Shown: positions 33,746 to 44,958 of the stretch, one piece after another
Layout: the number at the start of each line of letters is the position of its first letter
Numbering within the stretch: the first letter of the stretch is position 1
From: a virus
Taxonomy: Duplodnaviria > Caudoviricetes
Direction: 5' to 3' (one strand)
DNA: 64,000 nucleotides
IMG/VR virus record: IMGVR_UViG_2595698832_000001
Span: 118,834 to 182,833 of that record
Notes under the pieces: generated by a model
Databases searched by the model: none
What the model saw: the letters and a program-made list of their open reading frames with translations, nothing else
Told to the model about the DNA's origin: nothing
Made by a program: the position numbers and the translations under genes

Positions 33746-34660
33746 ATGTATAAACTATTATTAGAAAATTCTCTTAAGGAGACTACAAACTTAATTAGCG
33801 AAGGTATAGATGCAGATTTTTACCAAGTTATGTTAGGTGATATCTTAAAAGATAAAATCAAATCGTTTATAGGTCATCATATTGCTGAAGTTCAACCTAT
33901 GATGCAACCATCTGGATATGTTTTCGCAAGACAAGAAACTCAAGATACATTTAAAATTATTAAAAAACAAATTGATGTGGATACTAATAAATCTATTATC
34001 AAAATATCACAGGAAGCTTGGGAAGATTTATTAAATTTAAGTAATCTTAATAAAGCCGGAAATGAACAAACACCAGAATTATTCATTAACTGGGTCAAGT
34101 CTTCTGCAGCACACAAAGAAACTGAAAAAATTATAAATCTTATTAAAGAAAATGCAGTTGAATCAGAAGGTATTACGTTAGATGATAACAACGATTCTAA
34201 ACAAAATGCCGAAACAAACTTATTTCATATATCTAAAAAGGTAAATGATTTAGTTATTAAAATGAATTCACCTAATTTTAGAACATACGATAGTTTTTGT
34301 ATACTTCCGCAAACTGGTGTAGGTGGTATATTATCATTAAGTTTTACTTATTCAAGAATAGATGACTCAACAGATGAAAATAGAGCGAATGATTATTTCT
34401 TAGGTAAGATTAATAATACAAGATATTATTTAAATCCAAACCCTGACGATAATAATGCTTATGTGGGTTTAAAATCTCATAAAGAAAAGGGTGTTAATTC
34501 GTTGATTTATAGCCCATATTGTATGAACTTAACAACTGCTTATAATTATAAATCCGGCGAAAGAACTGTAGGTATATTTACAAGAAATGCATATACAATA
34601 CACCCTTTACATTCTGCAACTACTCCGATGTTATATAAGTTTGCAATTACGGAAGCTTAA
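33746..34660 (+). CDS. Capsid-fold protein (gp23/gp24 head vertex-like)
   Basis: IAEVQPMMQPSGYVFA and LIYSPY motifs; ATAAATA late-type promoter upstream. Confidence 0.75.
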   Translation: MYKLLLENSLKETTNLISEGIDADFYQVMLGDILKDKIKSFIGHHIAEVQPMMQPSGYVFARQETQDTFKIIKKQIDVDTNKSIIKISQEAWEDLLNLSNLNKAGNEQTPELFINWVKSSAAHKETEKIINLIKENAVESEGITLDDNNDSKQNAETNLFHISKKVNDLVIKMNSPNFRTYDSFCILPQTGVGGILSLSFTYSRIDDSTDENRANDYFLGKINNTRYYLNPNPDDNNAYVGLKSHKEKGVNSLIYSPYCMNLTTAYNYKSGERTVGIFTRNAYTIHPLHSATTPMLYKFAITEA

Positions 34661-35058
34661 GAGATTCTTAAGCTTCTAAGTTTTACACTATAGTGTTAAC
34701 ACATAACACTTTATAGTTTCAAGTTTTGCATTGTAGCTGAAACGTTAGCTTCTCTTTCTATATCCGGGATTACAACTTTATCAATAGGTTCTATGTTTGA
34801 TGCTTTTACTGGTTTAGAACCAAAATTAATATCTAAAACAGGTTCAGTTTCAGTCATATCAGCTGAATCATTTTCAACTTCTTTAATAGGTTTAGAAATC
34901 TTAGTATTTTTTAACTTTTGTTTCTGGTTCTATCGTACAAGCACCAGAATCATCAAATTCTAAAACTACTCTCTTAACATTTAATGGAAAATCTTTTATT
35001 TCAATAATCATCTTAAATCCTATATTTAGTTTAAAATTAATTTAATATTAATTTAATA

Positions 35059-35310
35059 TTAATTTAATGGTTGTGTTGCATCTATAACCGAGTTTTCTTC
35101 TTTCATTATTTCTAAGGAAACGTCAACTTCTTTTATACAATTTTTTATCATATTGGCTCTTTGAATTTCATAACCTATAGTTGATCCACGATCTTCGAAA
35201 TACCATTTAGTCATAAAAAATGTAAAAGCTATACCTGAAAAAAATCCTAATAAAAATAACGTTATTGTGTATTTAATAAAACCTGAAGTTGCAGATTTAA
35301 TTATTTCCAT
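35059..35310 (-). CDS. Hypothetical membrane protein
   Basis: AAGGAG RBS and one hydrophobic helix. Confidence 0.6.
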   Translation of the reverse strand: MEIIKSATSGFIKYTITLFLLGFFSGIAFTFFMTKWYFEDRGSTIGYEIQRANMIKNCIKEVDVSLEIMKEENSVIDATQPLN

Positions 35311-35335
35311 TTTAAGCTCCTTTGACTATAATTAA

Positions 35336-35877
35336 TTATAAACTTTTATTAATAAAATCTAAATATTCATTAGAACTTTTGATAAAATCTTTAAATAAAT
35401 CAAAGTTTTTTGTTAAAAAATTCTTAAGTTTAATCTTAGTCATAAAACGATCATTAAAACGATTTAAATCATTTCTAAAAGTGAAAGCTCTTTTTCCTAA
35501 ACAATCCCAAGCGTAATAGTTTTCATAGAAAATATTACGATCTTGCAAATCAAATCTAATTTTGATTCTGGTTTCATTATCCTCAATAAGTTCTATTGCC
35601 AAACCATTAGGTACACCATTTCTAAAAAATTCTATTTTATTGTGAGATATTGAGATGCCATCTGAAGCATCTTCATCTACTTCAATTACACCATCTTCAC
35701 AAGTAGCTATTTTAGTAGGATAATAAGCACTTTCTATTATCGAGTTGTCTTTAAAAACTACAAATTGAGTTCTATAGTCTACTTTTAAGTCAAAATGTGG
35801 ATTATTTTTTAACATTTTAGATATTAAATCATTGTTAAAATCTTTTATTTCTTGTATTTTTGTGTTTTTAATCATTT
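35336..35877 (-). CDS. Hypothetical protein (likely start MIKNTKIQE)
   Basis: TATAAT and AAGGAG precede the internal ATG; N-terminus resembles 36013..36198. Confidence 0.6.
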
Positions 35878-36012
35878 TATCTCCTTTTTTATTTCTGTTA
35901 TTGTATAATAATAATCTTAAAATAAGATTAAAATTATACATCATTGCTTATGAATTTGGTTTTTATACAAGAAAAAATATTTTAATGTCTAAATCTAATT
36001 TTTTATTTTCTT

Positions 36013-36198
36013 CTAAAAATTAGTTTCACTTAATATTTCTATCTTAATATTTTCTGATTTTTCAATACCCTCATTTATAATAGATTTGATATATTCTCTT
36101 TCTTTTCTTATTTCTTCTAATTTCTCATCCGTATATTCATTTTCTTTTTCCTTCAAAACTTTTTCAAAAATTTCTTGTATTTTTGATTTTTTAATCAT
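36013..36198 (-). CDS. Hypothetical protein
   Basis: TATAAT and GAGG RBS; starts MIKKSKIQE. Confidence 0.5.
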   Translation of the reverse strand: MIKKSKIQEIFEKVLKEKENEYTDEKLEEIRKEREYIKSIINEGIEKSENIKIEILSETNF

Positions 36199-36946
36199 TT
36201 TACCTCTATTATATAATAATCTTAAATAACTGATTTTAAGCTTATTTAAAACAAGTTTATTTTACGATTTTATATTATTTATTCGTTTTAAACATTTTTT
36301 AAGCTTTGGTGCTAATTCTTGACTGATATTTGCATAATGAGCAAACACCATAGTATTAAAATTGAAACCAAAGGTATTATTGCAAACAAATAAACACTAT
36401 TAACTTTTTTACCATTAATATAATAAAAACCAACAACACTAATAATAAAAAGAAAAAATAATAATAAATGAACAAATCAATAAATTTAAATTATTTAAAA
36501 TCATTAAAATCCCGTATTGTGTATCAAACTAAATAACTCACAGAATTAGTAAATAATTTATAATTTTTATCGTACATTTCTTCAGCAAGAATTACTTGAT
36601 TATTAATATAAGAACAATAAAAATAACCTACTATACTGCGCTACTTTTTTATTATTTGTAAATTCTACATAAATAAACAAATAATTACCATCGGTATCTA
36701 TTCCAATAATTTTTGCAGTTATAAATTCTTTAACTATACTTTTTGTATTCAATGATTTAACAATATCATCGAAATTTTGACTCAAGTCTATACTATTCAA
36801 TAAGTCAGTCAATTCATTACTAAAATCTTTAAAATCTGAATCCATTTTATCTCCTTGTAATATTATATAATATAGAATCTTAAAAATCAATTACAAATTA
36901 TATTTTCTAATATATTCATCAATTAAGTCTGGTGTTATATCTGAAT

Positions 36947-36995
36947 AATTATTAGAATTATTAGAATTATTAGAATTATTAGAATTATTAGAATT
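36947..36995. repeat. 9-bp microsatellite (AATTATTAG)x5
   Basis: Five exact tandem copies. Confidence 0.9.
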
Positions 36996-37060
36996 TTTTT
37001 AGATTCTCAAAGAATTCAAGTAATTCAATATCTTTTATGGTACCAATCCAACTTAACAAA

Positions 37061-38071
37061 TCAATATTTTTCATAGTCTTCTACTCCGTAAAAATTCAAA
37101 CAATCTAATATTTTTATTGTTTCTTCATCATAATCAATTTGAGGTGTTATACAATTAAAATTGATATTCTTTAAGTATTTAACATTGTATTTATTAAAAT
37201 AATTCAAACACATACCAACATTACAACTTTTGAATTTACAAACTTGATAATCTTTTAACTTTAGAACTTCTTCTACAGTCAAAGTTTTTCTTGAACAATT
37301 TTCAATGATTCTATCTGGGTAAACGTGAAGTCTCAAACCATTGCAGACCATACCGAGATAATTTTGACTCGCAAACTCAGATTCATTCATATATTTCTTA
37401 GTTCCTTGAGAAATCGTTACGTAGTCTCTATCTGCATTAAGGTCAACGCCTGCTACATTTTTATTTGGATTACTAAAACCAAACCCTGAAATATGAGTAC
37501 AAATAATATTAGTAAATCCTTGAGATTCTAAGAAATCTTTAACATTTTGAGTTCTTTCTATTAAATCTGGTTTTTTATGGTTAAAAAATAATTTAACTTC
37601 TTTTGGTAAATCTATGTCTAAGAAATATTTAAGTCTTTCAATATATTGATTAGAATTAATTTGAGAAGCGTGATAAGTTGTAACTAAATCTAGGTTTCTA
37701 TATTCTTTTAGACGTTTATAATGATCTTTTATATATAATAGATTTGTTAAAATTGTTACGTCTTTTAGATCCTTAAATAAGTCTAAATAATCATAAAGAT
37801 AATCACACATTAGTGGTTCACCACCACATAAAACTGCGGATTTTAATCTAGGAAATATAGCTTTAACCAAATTAAAACATTTTAAATCTGCTTCGCTTTT
37901 AGTATTTTTAGCAGCATTAAAATCTGTAAAACCTGAATTACAACAATATTCACAACTAAAACAACATTTATCGGTTGTCATTATCGCAGCTCGAATACCT
38001 TCAAACTCTAATGTTCCATTTAGTAGTTTTTCATATGAGCATTCAGAACCCGAGAAGTCTATTTTATTCAT
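37061..38071 (-). CDS. Radical SAM enzyme
   Basis: CCFSCEYC, GGEP, LTNL and extra C-terminal cysteines. Confidence 0.88.
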   Translation of the reverse strand: MNKIDFSGSECSYEKLLNGTLEFEGIRAAIMTTDKCCFSCEYCCNSGFTDFNAAKNTKSEADLKCFNLVKAIFPRLKSAVLCGGEPLMCDYLYDYLDLFKDLKDVTILTNLLYIKDHYKRLKEYRNLDLVTTYHASQINSNQYIERLKYFLDIDLPKEVKLFFNHKKPDLIERTQNVKDFLESQGFTNIICTHISGFGFSNPNKNVAGVDLNADRDYVTISQGTKKYMNESEFASQNYLGMVCNGLRLHVYPDRIIENCSRKTLTVEEVLKLKDYQVCKFKSCNVGMCLNYFNKYNVKYLKNINFNCITPQIDYDEETIKILDCLNFYGVEDYEKY

Positions 38072-38097
38072 TTTAAACCTTTGTGGGCTTTTAAACT

Positions 38098-38928
38098 TTA
38101 AACTAAATAATTTATAATTGTGTCGGACTCACCCAATATAAATTGATCCAGATCTGTTTCTAAACGTCTTTCTAAACCAGGATCTTTATAATTGATATTC
38201 CATAAATCAAAATCTATACCTAATATTCTACATTCTATTATAAGTCTAGGTGAACAATCAAAATGTCTCATAATAGGCGTATACACATACTTACTAAAAT
38301 TAAAATTCTTGATAGGTTTGTTTGTTGAATTCTGTATATTCAAATAATCACTATACATTACAATATCAGGATAATCTCTTATTAGATCTTTTATTTGAGA
38401 TTCTGATAATGCCCTACAATTTTTAGTAATATGAGCAAAAGGTTTATCTCCTGGTATATGATTTAAATGGGGTAACACCTTCTTAGTATAATTTATTCCC
38501 AAACCAGGATATATTTTATGATCTGCTAAAAAAGTCACATATTCTGGCTTATCTCCGGATTCTAAAAAACTAGGACCACAAGCAAACGAAAACACTTTGC
38601 CTAGTAATTTAGACTTATATTGATTTAAAAACCAATACCCACCATCGGTTACTAGTATATTTCTAGCTTTAATTGCTAATATCTTAGTATCTAAAAAATA
38701 TATATCATTTAAATCAAAATCTACACTATAGTGTCCTTTTATGAAATCATTAAAAGTTTCTTTAGTTACTACTTCTGGAATTAAACATTTAACATTAACA
38801 CCTTTATTTTTAAAATACCAGTAATAATCTAATACTTCAAATAAATGTCCGGATAATCCGTGCATTTTAGTATTATTAAAGTGAAAACTATGAGTTACTA
38901 ATATATCTGCTTTAGTATCTAATATCAT
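38098..38928 (-). CDS. Glycosyltransferase-like hypothetical protein (paralog of 55382..56162)
   Basis: FDCSPRLIIECRILG resembles the GT-B C-terminal E/D...E.M..G motif. Confidence 0.5.
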   Translation of the reverse strand: MILDTKADILVTHSFHFNNTKMHGLSGHLFEVLDYYWYFKNKGVNVKCLIPEVVTKETFNDFIKGHYSVDFDLNDIYFLDTKILAIKARNILVTDGGYWFLNQYKSKLLGKVFSFACGPSFLESGDKPEYVTFLADHKIYPGLGINYTKKVLPHLNHIPGDKPFAHITKNCRALSESQIKDLIRDYPDIVMYSDYLNIQNSTNKPIKNFNFSKYVYTPIMRHFDCSPRLIIECRILGIDFDLWNINYKDPGLERRLETDLDQFILGESDTIINYLV

Positions 38929-39210
38929 CGTTTAATCCCAGTTTTTGTGTGATTATGAATGTATTTCAAATCTTTAAATTTATAATAGCATTCATTAGTT
39001 TTTCTTTTTGTGCTTTCAAAATAAGGTTCATCACAAAATTTATATTTTTCATTCGCAATATATTTTTTAGTATAATATAACAACTCTTTCATAAAATCAA
39101 TTTGTTTTTCTAAATTATTAAAATCTAAATCTTCAATATTGTTTACATTTAGATTTAAATTACTAACACTTTTTAATTTATTTAAGCAATATTTGTTAAA
39201 ATCATTGATT

Positions 39211-39645
39211 TTAGATTTTTTTATATTCTGCTAAACGATCTTCAAGACTAGGTTTCGAACCTATGGATTTACGTTTTCTATCATATAAGTAAGTATTACA
39301 TTTCCATATTCTAACACCAGCTCTAAATAATCTTTTAAGCCTTGATATTTGTAGACTTCTTTCTACACCAAAATCAATATTTTTATAATCTAATGTGATA
39401 TTACCACGCCAATCACTATTGGCTACAATTACATATTGTTTGTCTGTAACAGCAATATAAAGTATATTTGGGTTTGTTTCAATTTGTTTAGCTTCGTAGA
39501 TTTCTTCAAATCTAGCTTCGTTAATATTAAATGAAGGTTTTAAACGTTCAAGATTTTTGATAGCACACGTAATTTGTCTTTGTGTTCTATTGAAATATGC
39601 TTTGTCGTTTTTATATCCTAAAAATATTTTTGTAATGTGTTTCAT
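39211..39645 (-). CDS. Hypothetical protein
   Basis: 144 aa ORF behind the duplicated promoter cassette. Confidence 0.65.
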   Translation of the reverse strand: MKHITKIFLGYKNDKAYFNRTQRQITCAIKNLERLKPSFNINEARFEEIYEAKQIETNPNILYIAVTDKQYVIVANSDWRGNITLDYKNIDFGVERSLQISRLKRLFRAGVRIWKCNTYLYDRKRKSIGSKPSLEDRLAEYKKI

Positions 39646-39703
39646 TTTATCTCCTTTATCTTTTAATGAAATAATTATAATATAAAATAACTTAAAAGTT
39701 TCT
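39641..39703 (-). promoter_or_regulatory. Duplicated promoter-RBS cassette
   Basis: Near-identical to 33612-33674. Confidence 0.75.
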
Positions 39704-39767
39704 GAAATACAAACCGAATCTTAAAGTTTAAGCTTAAAAAGTCTTAAAAGCTTAAACCTAAAAGTTT

Positions 39768-40269
39768 TTAAACGCTACAACCTCCAGACCCACAACCTTC
39801 AATTACTTGATCACCATCTGCATCATCTGTAGTTCTAAAATTAGCATAATACAATGATTTGACACCTAAATTGAAGCATTCTATAAATTCTTCTATAACA
39901 TCTTCAATATTAACTTTTTTAGTTTCTACGATATTATAATATTGATTTGTACTAATACTTTGATCTACATATCTTTGTATTGTACTCACTAATTTAAGAT
40001 AATCTTTATTATTAAAGTCAACACCCCAAGCAGTCGTATAATATTTTTTGGCTGTTTTATAGAAAGGAACCAACTGTTTTACAGTAGAACTTTTTTTCTG
40101 TTTTAATAGTTACTAATTCTCTTGGAGGTTCGATACCAGGTGTTGCTGAGCTTGGCTTTGAACTGTTGTGTGAAATAATACCATCATTAAGAAAATAATT
40201 ATGATATTTTTCAACTTCTAAATCCCAAGTCTTAATTTTTTTACCGATTTTAATGTTTTTAACGACCAT
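39768..40269 (-). CDS. nrdA: NrdA C-terminal part preceded by a 35 aa C-intein; frameshift near 40090
   Basis: WDLEVEKYHNYF...IISHN|SS, then ATPGIEP, DQSIS, VKSLYY and terminal CGSGGC. Confidence 0.9.
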
Positions 40270-41381
40270 TAGTTATTCCTTTAAAATAATTATTAAATAA
40301 TTCATCTATATCTATAGAATTCTTTGTATTTTTACTTATGTTTTTGTCTAGCATCTATTACATCAAGATTGTAAACACTGCCTATAATTTGTGGCAAGAT
40401 ATTATTATGAAATCCAAAAAAATTTTGAGATCATATGATCAACGTGTACGACTTCATCTTGTCTTTTTATTTTTAGATGCTGGACCCCTTCTCTCTAATA
40501 ATTTTTGTTTTTCAGGAGGTAATTGTTTGATAGCGCGCTTAGTAAATCTTTCTACCATTAACTTATAATGTTTAAAATCATCCAAATTTTCTTTAGCAGT
40601 CCATCTACCAATATTTTCGAAGGTCTTTCTGGTTTTCAGTATATTTTTCTGTTGTATATTCACATACTTTTTTAGAACTTATATTATTATATATCTCAGT
40701 ACCTTCATCTACACCATAATCTGCTATATAACGTTCTAACGTATTTTGATATTGTCTAATTGTTTTTATCTCTTGGTATCTTATATACCCTAAGACTGGA
40801 CCTAATCTTAACATTGTGCTATTTAACGACGTAGTATCCGCTTGTTTTGACAATATTTCACGAGCTTCATCCTTAGTGTAGCCTAATTTCAACCAATATT
40901 CATAACAAAAATTATTTTGTTCCTTAGTTTTTTGTAATCTTTCATTGTATTTAATTTTACCTAAATCTACCCCGTATTTTTTAATATAATGCTCTAATTT
41001 AAAATTAGCAGATTTATCCTTGAAATTAGCCCAGCGTATTTCCCAATCATCACCATAACGTTTTTTAAAGTTTTCTGGTGTTGTAATACATTTATCTACA
41101 AAATTATTAAATAGCACATTTCCATATTTTTCACCAAACCTTAGTACATAATTTTCTAGTGAACTTTTGAATATATTTTTATGTATGATGAAGTGAGTAA
41201 CACCAATTTTGAATTGATCTAAATTTTGGTTTGGTAGTTTATTTAAATTGTATTTAGTATAATTAAATAACCTATTATCACACTCGATATCATTTTTTAG
41301 AATACCCAAAATATATTTTAAATAATCATCCTTTTCAGGATGATCTGCTAAAATACGCTCATATTTTTTTAATTTTTGCAT
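40260..41381 (-). CDS. Free-standing HNH homing endonuclease between the NrdA halves (several frameshifts)
   Basis: Starts MQKLKK overlapping the N-intein stop; KYG repeats; re-framed C-terminus LDHMIS...IGSVYNL...QNISK overlaps the C-intein ATG. Confidence 0.75.
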
Positions 41382-43558
41382 ATTATTGAATCTCCTGGTT
41401 CCAACAATGAAGCTGCTACCCATATATTATTACCATTTCTTTCTACTAACAATTCGTGATTAGCTGTCACTTCAATAACACCAGAATCTGTTTCTATTTC
41501 AATTACCTCAACTTCGCCGTTATAATAAAATCTATTAGATATCGAATCTCCTTCAAACGTCGGGACTTTTAATGGTGATTTGAGATCATACCAACCAGGT
41601 TTTAAATCAGTGTAATCTATTGATTCTCTATTACAAATATCTTTAAGATTAAAATTACCTTCGTAAGTCTCTATTGTATGATCTTCAGAAATGCAATTCC
41701 CAGCGGGCGGTACAGCTGACAAGCTTGAATGACGCATACCGTATTTAGATAATTCTTCACGAAGTGACTCCCAATCTAATTTTGTTTTAAATTCAGGTTT
41801 AATTCCAGCTTCTAAATATCTTTCGAATATAAACTTATTACCACTATAAAAAGATTCATTATATAATTCACAAGCACCTCGTTCTTTTGCTAAATCTATT
41901 GAAGTTTTAACTAAGTTAAAATAAAATAATTCCATTAAATCATTAATATGTTCGCGTGCTTCTTTTGTATTGTAAAATAATTTCGATTTAGCAAGATATC
42001 CAAATAAGTTAGAAACGCCAATTCCTAATGTTCTACGTTTTGTAGCTGAGTATTCAATTTCTGGCATAGCAAAATCAGAAATATCAATCATATTATCTAA
42101 GAACCTAACTAAGAAATCAGCAACTTTTGGAATGTCAGATTCTTTAGAATGTCCAAAATTTATATTACCTAAGATACAAGTTCCGAGTTCTCCTGGTATA
42201 CCCCTATAATTATCTAAACTATGACTAGGCACAGATATTTCACAGCACAAATTTGTCATATATAGATTTTCTTTAAAACTTGAATTAACGAAGTTATCAG
42301 CAAAAACAATATAAACTCTACCAGTAATCATTCTCTCATTTATAATTAAAGATAATAAATCATAAGCATTAATTTTCTTTTTACTTTTATTAGGAACTTT
42401 AGCGCTATAATGTTTATATAATTCATCGAATCTTTTATAATCACCTAAGGCATCATATAAATCTAATTTGGGATCCTTATTACCTACAGCATTCATATGG
42501 AATAAAAATATATCCTCTTTATTAAGAGCTTTTTCTAAGAACCATTTATTGATGATAATAGTTTGATCAGTATGTCTAGCCCTATTTTCTAAAGATCCTT
42601 TAGAATCACCTAGTTGTGAAAATAATTCTATTTCGTAGTGAAAGAAAGGCATTGACAGATTGCTTGCACCGCCCCTGCCGTGCTGAATCAGCGCAGACGT
42701 AGCAGATTCAATGGCTTTAACGATCGGCAGCATACCAGTATGATCTAATCTTGAAGGTTTACCTACTGGAGCTCCTAAACCTCTGATGAAACTTGTATTG
42801 ATACCTAAACCACTTTTAGCACTGGTGCATTTTAAAACAGCTTCTAAACCCCTAGCAAAGCTTTCAACTGAATCACCAAAGTTTAATAAATTACAAGATA
42901 TAAATTTCTTATAACTTGTTCTTGCTCCATTCATAATCGGAGTAGGTAAAGAAATTTTACGCTGTGATAATAATTCATACCCAAGTTTAACATATTTTTT
43001 TCTATATTCTATATCGGTATTATAAAAAATAGCCATTGGTATCAATATAAAAACTTCTTGAGGAACCTCAATGCATTTTTTATTATGTTTGATCAAGTAC
43101 TTAGAATACATTTGATTTAATGCGCTGTAAGGTAGTTCGTTATCTAATTCATAATTAATTAAAGATCCAAAATAGTCAAGCTCTTCATCACTATAAGCAT
43201 TAAGATCTTCAGTATAGAAACCTTTTTTAATACGTTCTTTAACTTGTGATTTAAAATCTAATGGTGTGTATTGTTTATAAACTTCTTTTCTGAGTTTTTG
43301 ATTTAATAATCTACCAGCAACTAACTCATAATCTGGAGAATCTTCACTGATTTTTTCTTGTGCAGATTTAATTAAAGAATCTTGTATGTCTACACTTTTG
43401 GCACCATCAAATATTTTTAATCTAGCATCTTTAATAATGCTAATAATATCTACATCGAGGTTTTGACAAGCAAAATGTAAGTGTTTATGTATTTTTTCAG
43501 CATCGAATATTTCACGTTCTCCGTTATTTTTAACAATATGTATAGTGTCTAAATTCAA
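41369..43558 (-). CDS. nrdA: Ribonucleotide reductase class Ia alpha, N-terminal part ending in a 108 aa N-intein (41372-41695)
   Basis: ATP cone, SLPTP, ISC, TNLCCE and RTLGIGV; PPAGN|CISEDH...TANH. Confidence 0.93.
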   Translation of the reverse strand: MNLDTIHIVKNNGEREIFDAEKIHKHLHFACQNLDVDIISIIKDARLKIFDGAKSVDIQDSLIKSAQEKISEDSPDYELVAGRLLNQKLRKEVYKQYTPLDFKSQVKERIKKGFYTEDLNAYSDEELDYFGSLINYELDNELPYSALNQMYSKYLIKHNKKCIEVPQEVFILIPMAIFYNTDIEYRKKYVKLGYELLSQRKISLPTPIMNGARTSYKKFISCNLLNFGDSVESFARGLEAVLKCTSAKSGLGINTSFIRGLGAPVGKPSRLDHTGMLPIVKAIESATSALIQHGRGGASNLSMPFFHYEIELFSQLGDSKGSLENRARHTDQTIIINKWFLEKALNKEDIFLFHMNAVGNKDPKLDLYDALGDYKRFDELYKHYSAKVPNKSKKKINAYDLLSLIINERMITGRVYIVFADNFVNSSFKENLYMTNLCCEISVPSHSLDNYRGIPGELGTCILGNINFGHSKESDIPKVADFLVRFLDNMIDISDFAMPEIEYSATKRRTLGIGVSNLFGYLAKSKLFYNTKEAREHINDLMELFYFNLVKTSIDLAKERGACELYNESFYSGNKFIFERYLEAGIKPEFKTKLDWESLREELSKYGMRHSSLSAVPPAGNCISEDHTIETYEGNFNLKDICNRESIDYTDLKPGWYDLKSPLKVPTFEGDSISNRFYYNGEVEVIEIETDSGVIEVTANHELLVERNGNNIWVAASLLEPGDSIICKN

Positions 43559-43658
43559 ATTGAGTCCTTTAATCGTTGGTTAAATATTTATGATTCAATC
43601 ATTTGTGTATTTAAAGCTTTGATATAATCGGGTATAAATTATATCAAAGCCTGTTGTT

Positions 43659-44117
43659 TTAAAATCTATCCCTTAGTTCTGGATATTTTTCAAAAGACTT
43701 GAATGACTTTGTTAATATCTCACTTGACAATCTTTTAAAGATTCTAGCTAGTCTGAAATGTATCTCATTTTCTGATAGCTTAGATTTTTGAAGAGAACCG
43801 TAATTAATCTCTAAATCCAAGATATATTGTTTCAGATTCGAATCTTCTTCAATATTTCCATAGAAAATATGATACAAATCTTCCGGTGTTATTTTTGATT
43901 TGATAGTTTTGTTTTGTAAAGATCTTACTATTCCTGACATCTCTCTTAAATGTTTTTTATCATTTAAATTATCATCATATACTAAGACTTTTAAAATATG
44001 ATTAAAAATGTTGTCTGAATTGTTAGTAAATTTAGAGATCATTACATCTTTACTAAAAGCTTGTTCATATAAGTATTCTCTAAAAGATGTTGAGGAAATG
44101 GTTTCTTTTATTATCAT
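43659..44117 (-). CDS. Hypothetical protein with an FREYLYE capsid-targeting-like segment
   Basis: 152 aa ORF, RBS, 13-bp hairpin downstream (43616-43650). Confidence 0.6.
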   Translation of the reverse strand: MIIKETISSTSFREYLYEQAFSKDVMISKFTNNSDNIFNHILKVLVYDDNLNDKKHLREMSGIVRSLQNKTIKSKITPEDLYHIFYGNIEEDSNLKQYILDLEINYGSLQKSKLSENEIHFRLARIFKRLSSEILTKSFKSFEKYPELRDRF

Positions 44118-44248
44118 TTTAATTTCCTTAACTTTTTAATTGAAGTTATTATAACTAAACACCACTTAAAAGAAGCTTAAATTATGGGCTTTAAACGACA
44201 AATGTTAGCTCCAAAAAGCGAGAATAAATATACAAAAAAGTAGGATAA

Positions 44249-44938
44249 ATGGCAACTGTTACCTTAAATAAACTTGCTAGTGTTATTAATACTATCAAAT
44301 GGAGTAAAACCTCTGATTTTATGGTTATTATGAAACCTATTAATGCTACTTTCCAAAATCTTATAAACTGGGGTAACCCTACCGAAACACAAAATAGTAT
44401 AGATATTTGTTTAAAAAGTATTAATTTACCACAATATACCGGTAGATTTGAAGAATTATTAATTGGAGGGACTTGGGTTTTAGCACGTGGTGCAGACCCA
44501 GTATACCAAGTGGATATGACCTTCAGAGATTTTGATAATGCTAGTATGTATCGCAGATTTGTCAATGCTTTTCAAATTTCAAAAGGTAACTACAATGATG
44601 TCTGTGCTTGGCTAATTCAGGTTTATTTAAGCAATGGTTCTAAAAACATCTTAGTAATGGAGACACAGGACGCATTGTTGACAGATGTTTCACAAATACA
44701 ATTATCTCAAGACAATAATGAAATTATAGAATTCAATGTTAGTTTTAAAATGAACCAACCAAATCACGATAATACAGATATTAAAAATATTCAATTAGCA
44801 AGCACTTCCAACACGACCGGGAATGATAGTGTACAATCTAAAGCAAGTTCATTCTTTAGTAATATGTTAAAAAATGGATTAAGCGCAGCGCAGAATGCAG
44901 TTCAAGATACTTTTGAAAATTTAGTATCTAAATGGTAA
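44249..44938 (+). CDS. Tail tube-fold protein (gp19/gp48/gp54 family)
   Basis: SINLP, MTFRD, VSQIQLS and IIEFNVSF; ATAAATA upstream. Confidence 0.65.
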   Translation: MATVTLNKLASVINTIKWSKTSDFMVIMKPINATFQNLINWGNPTETQNSIDICLKSINLPQYTGRFEELLIGGTWVLARGADPVYQVDMTFRDFDNASMYRRFVNAFQISKGNYNDVCAWLIQVYLSNGSKNILVMETQDALLTDVSQIQLSQDNNEIIEFNVSFKMNQPNHDNTDIKNIQLASTSNTTGNDSVQSKASSFFSNMLKNGLSAAQNAVQDTFENLVSKW

Positions 44939-44958
44939 AAATATACAAGGAAAATTAA

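Noticed and set aside
20793-38071. Assigning either radical SAM gene as queE
   Set aside because: Both are longer than typical QueE, carry extra C-terminal Cys clusters and lack the QueE N-terminal F.S.QGEG motif.
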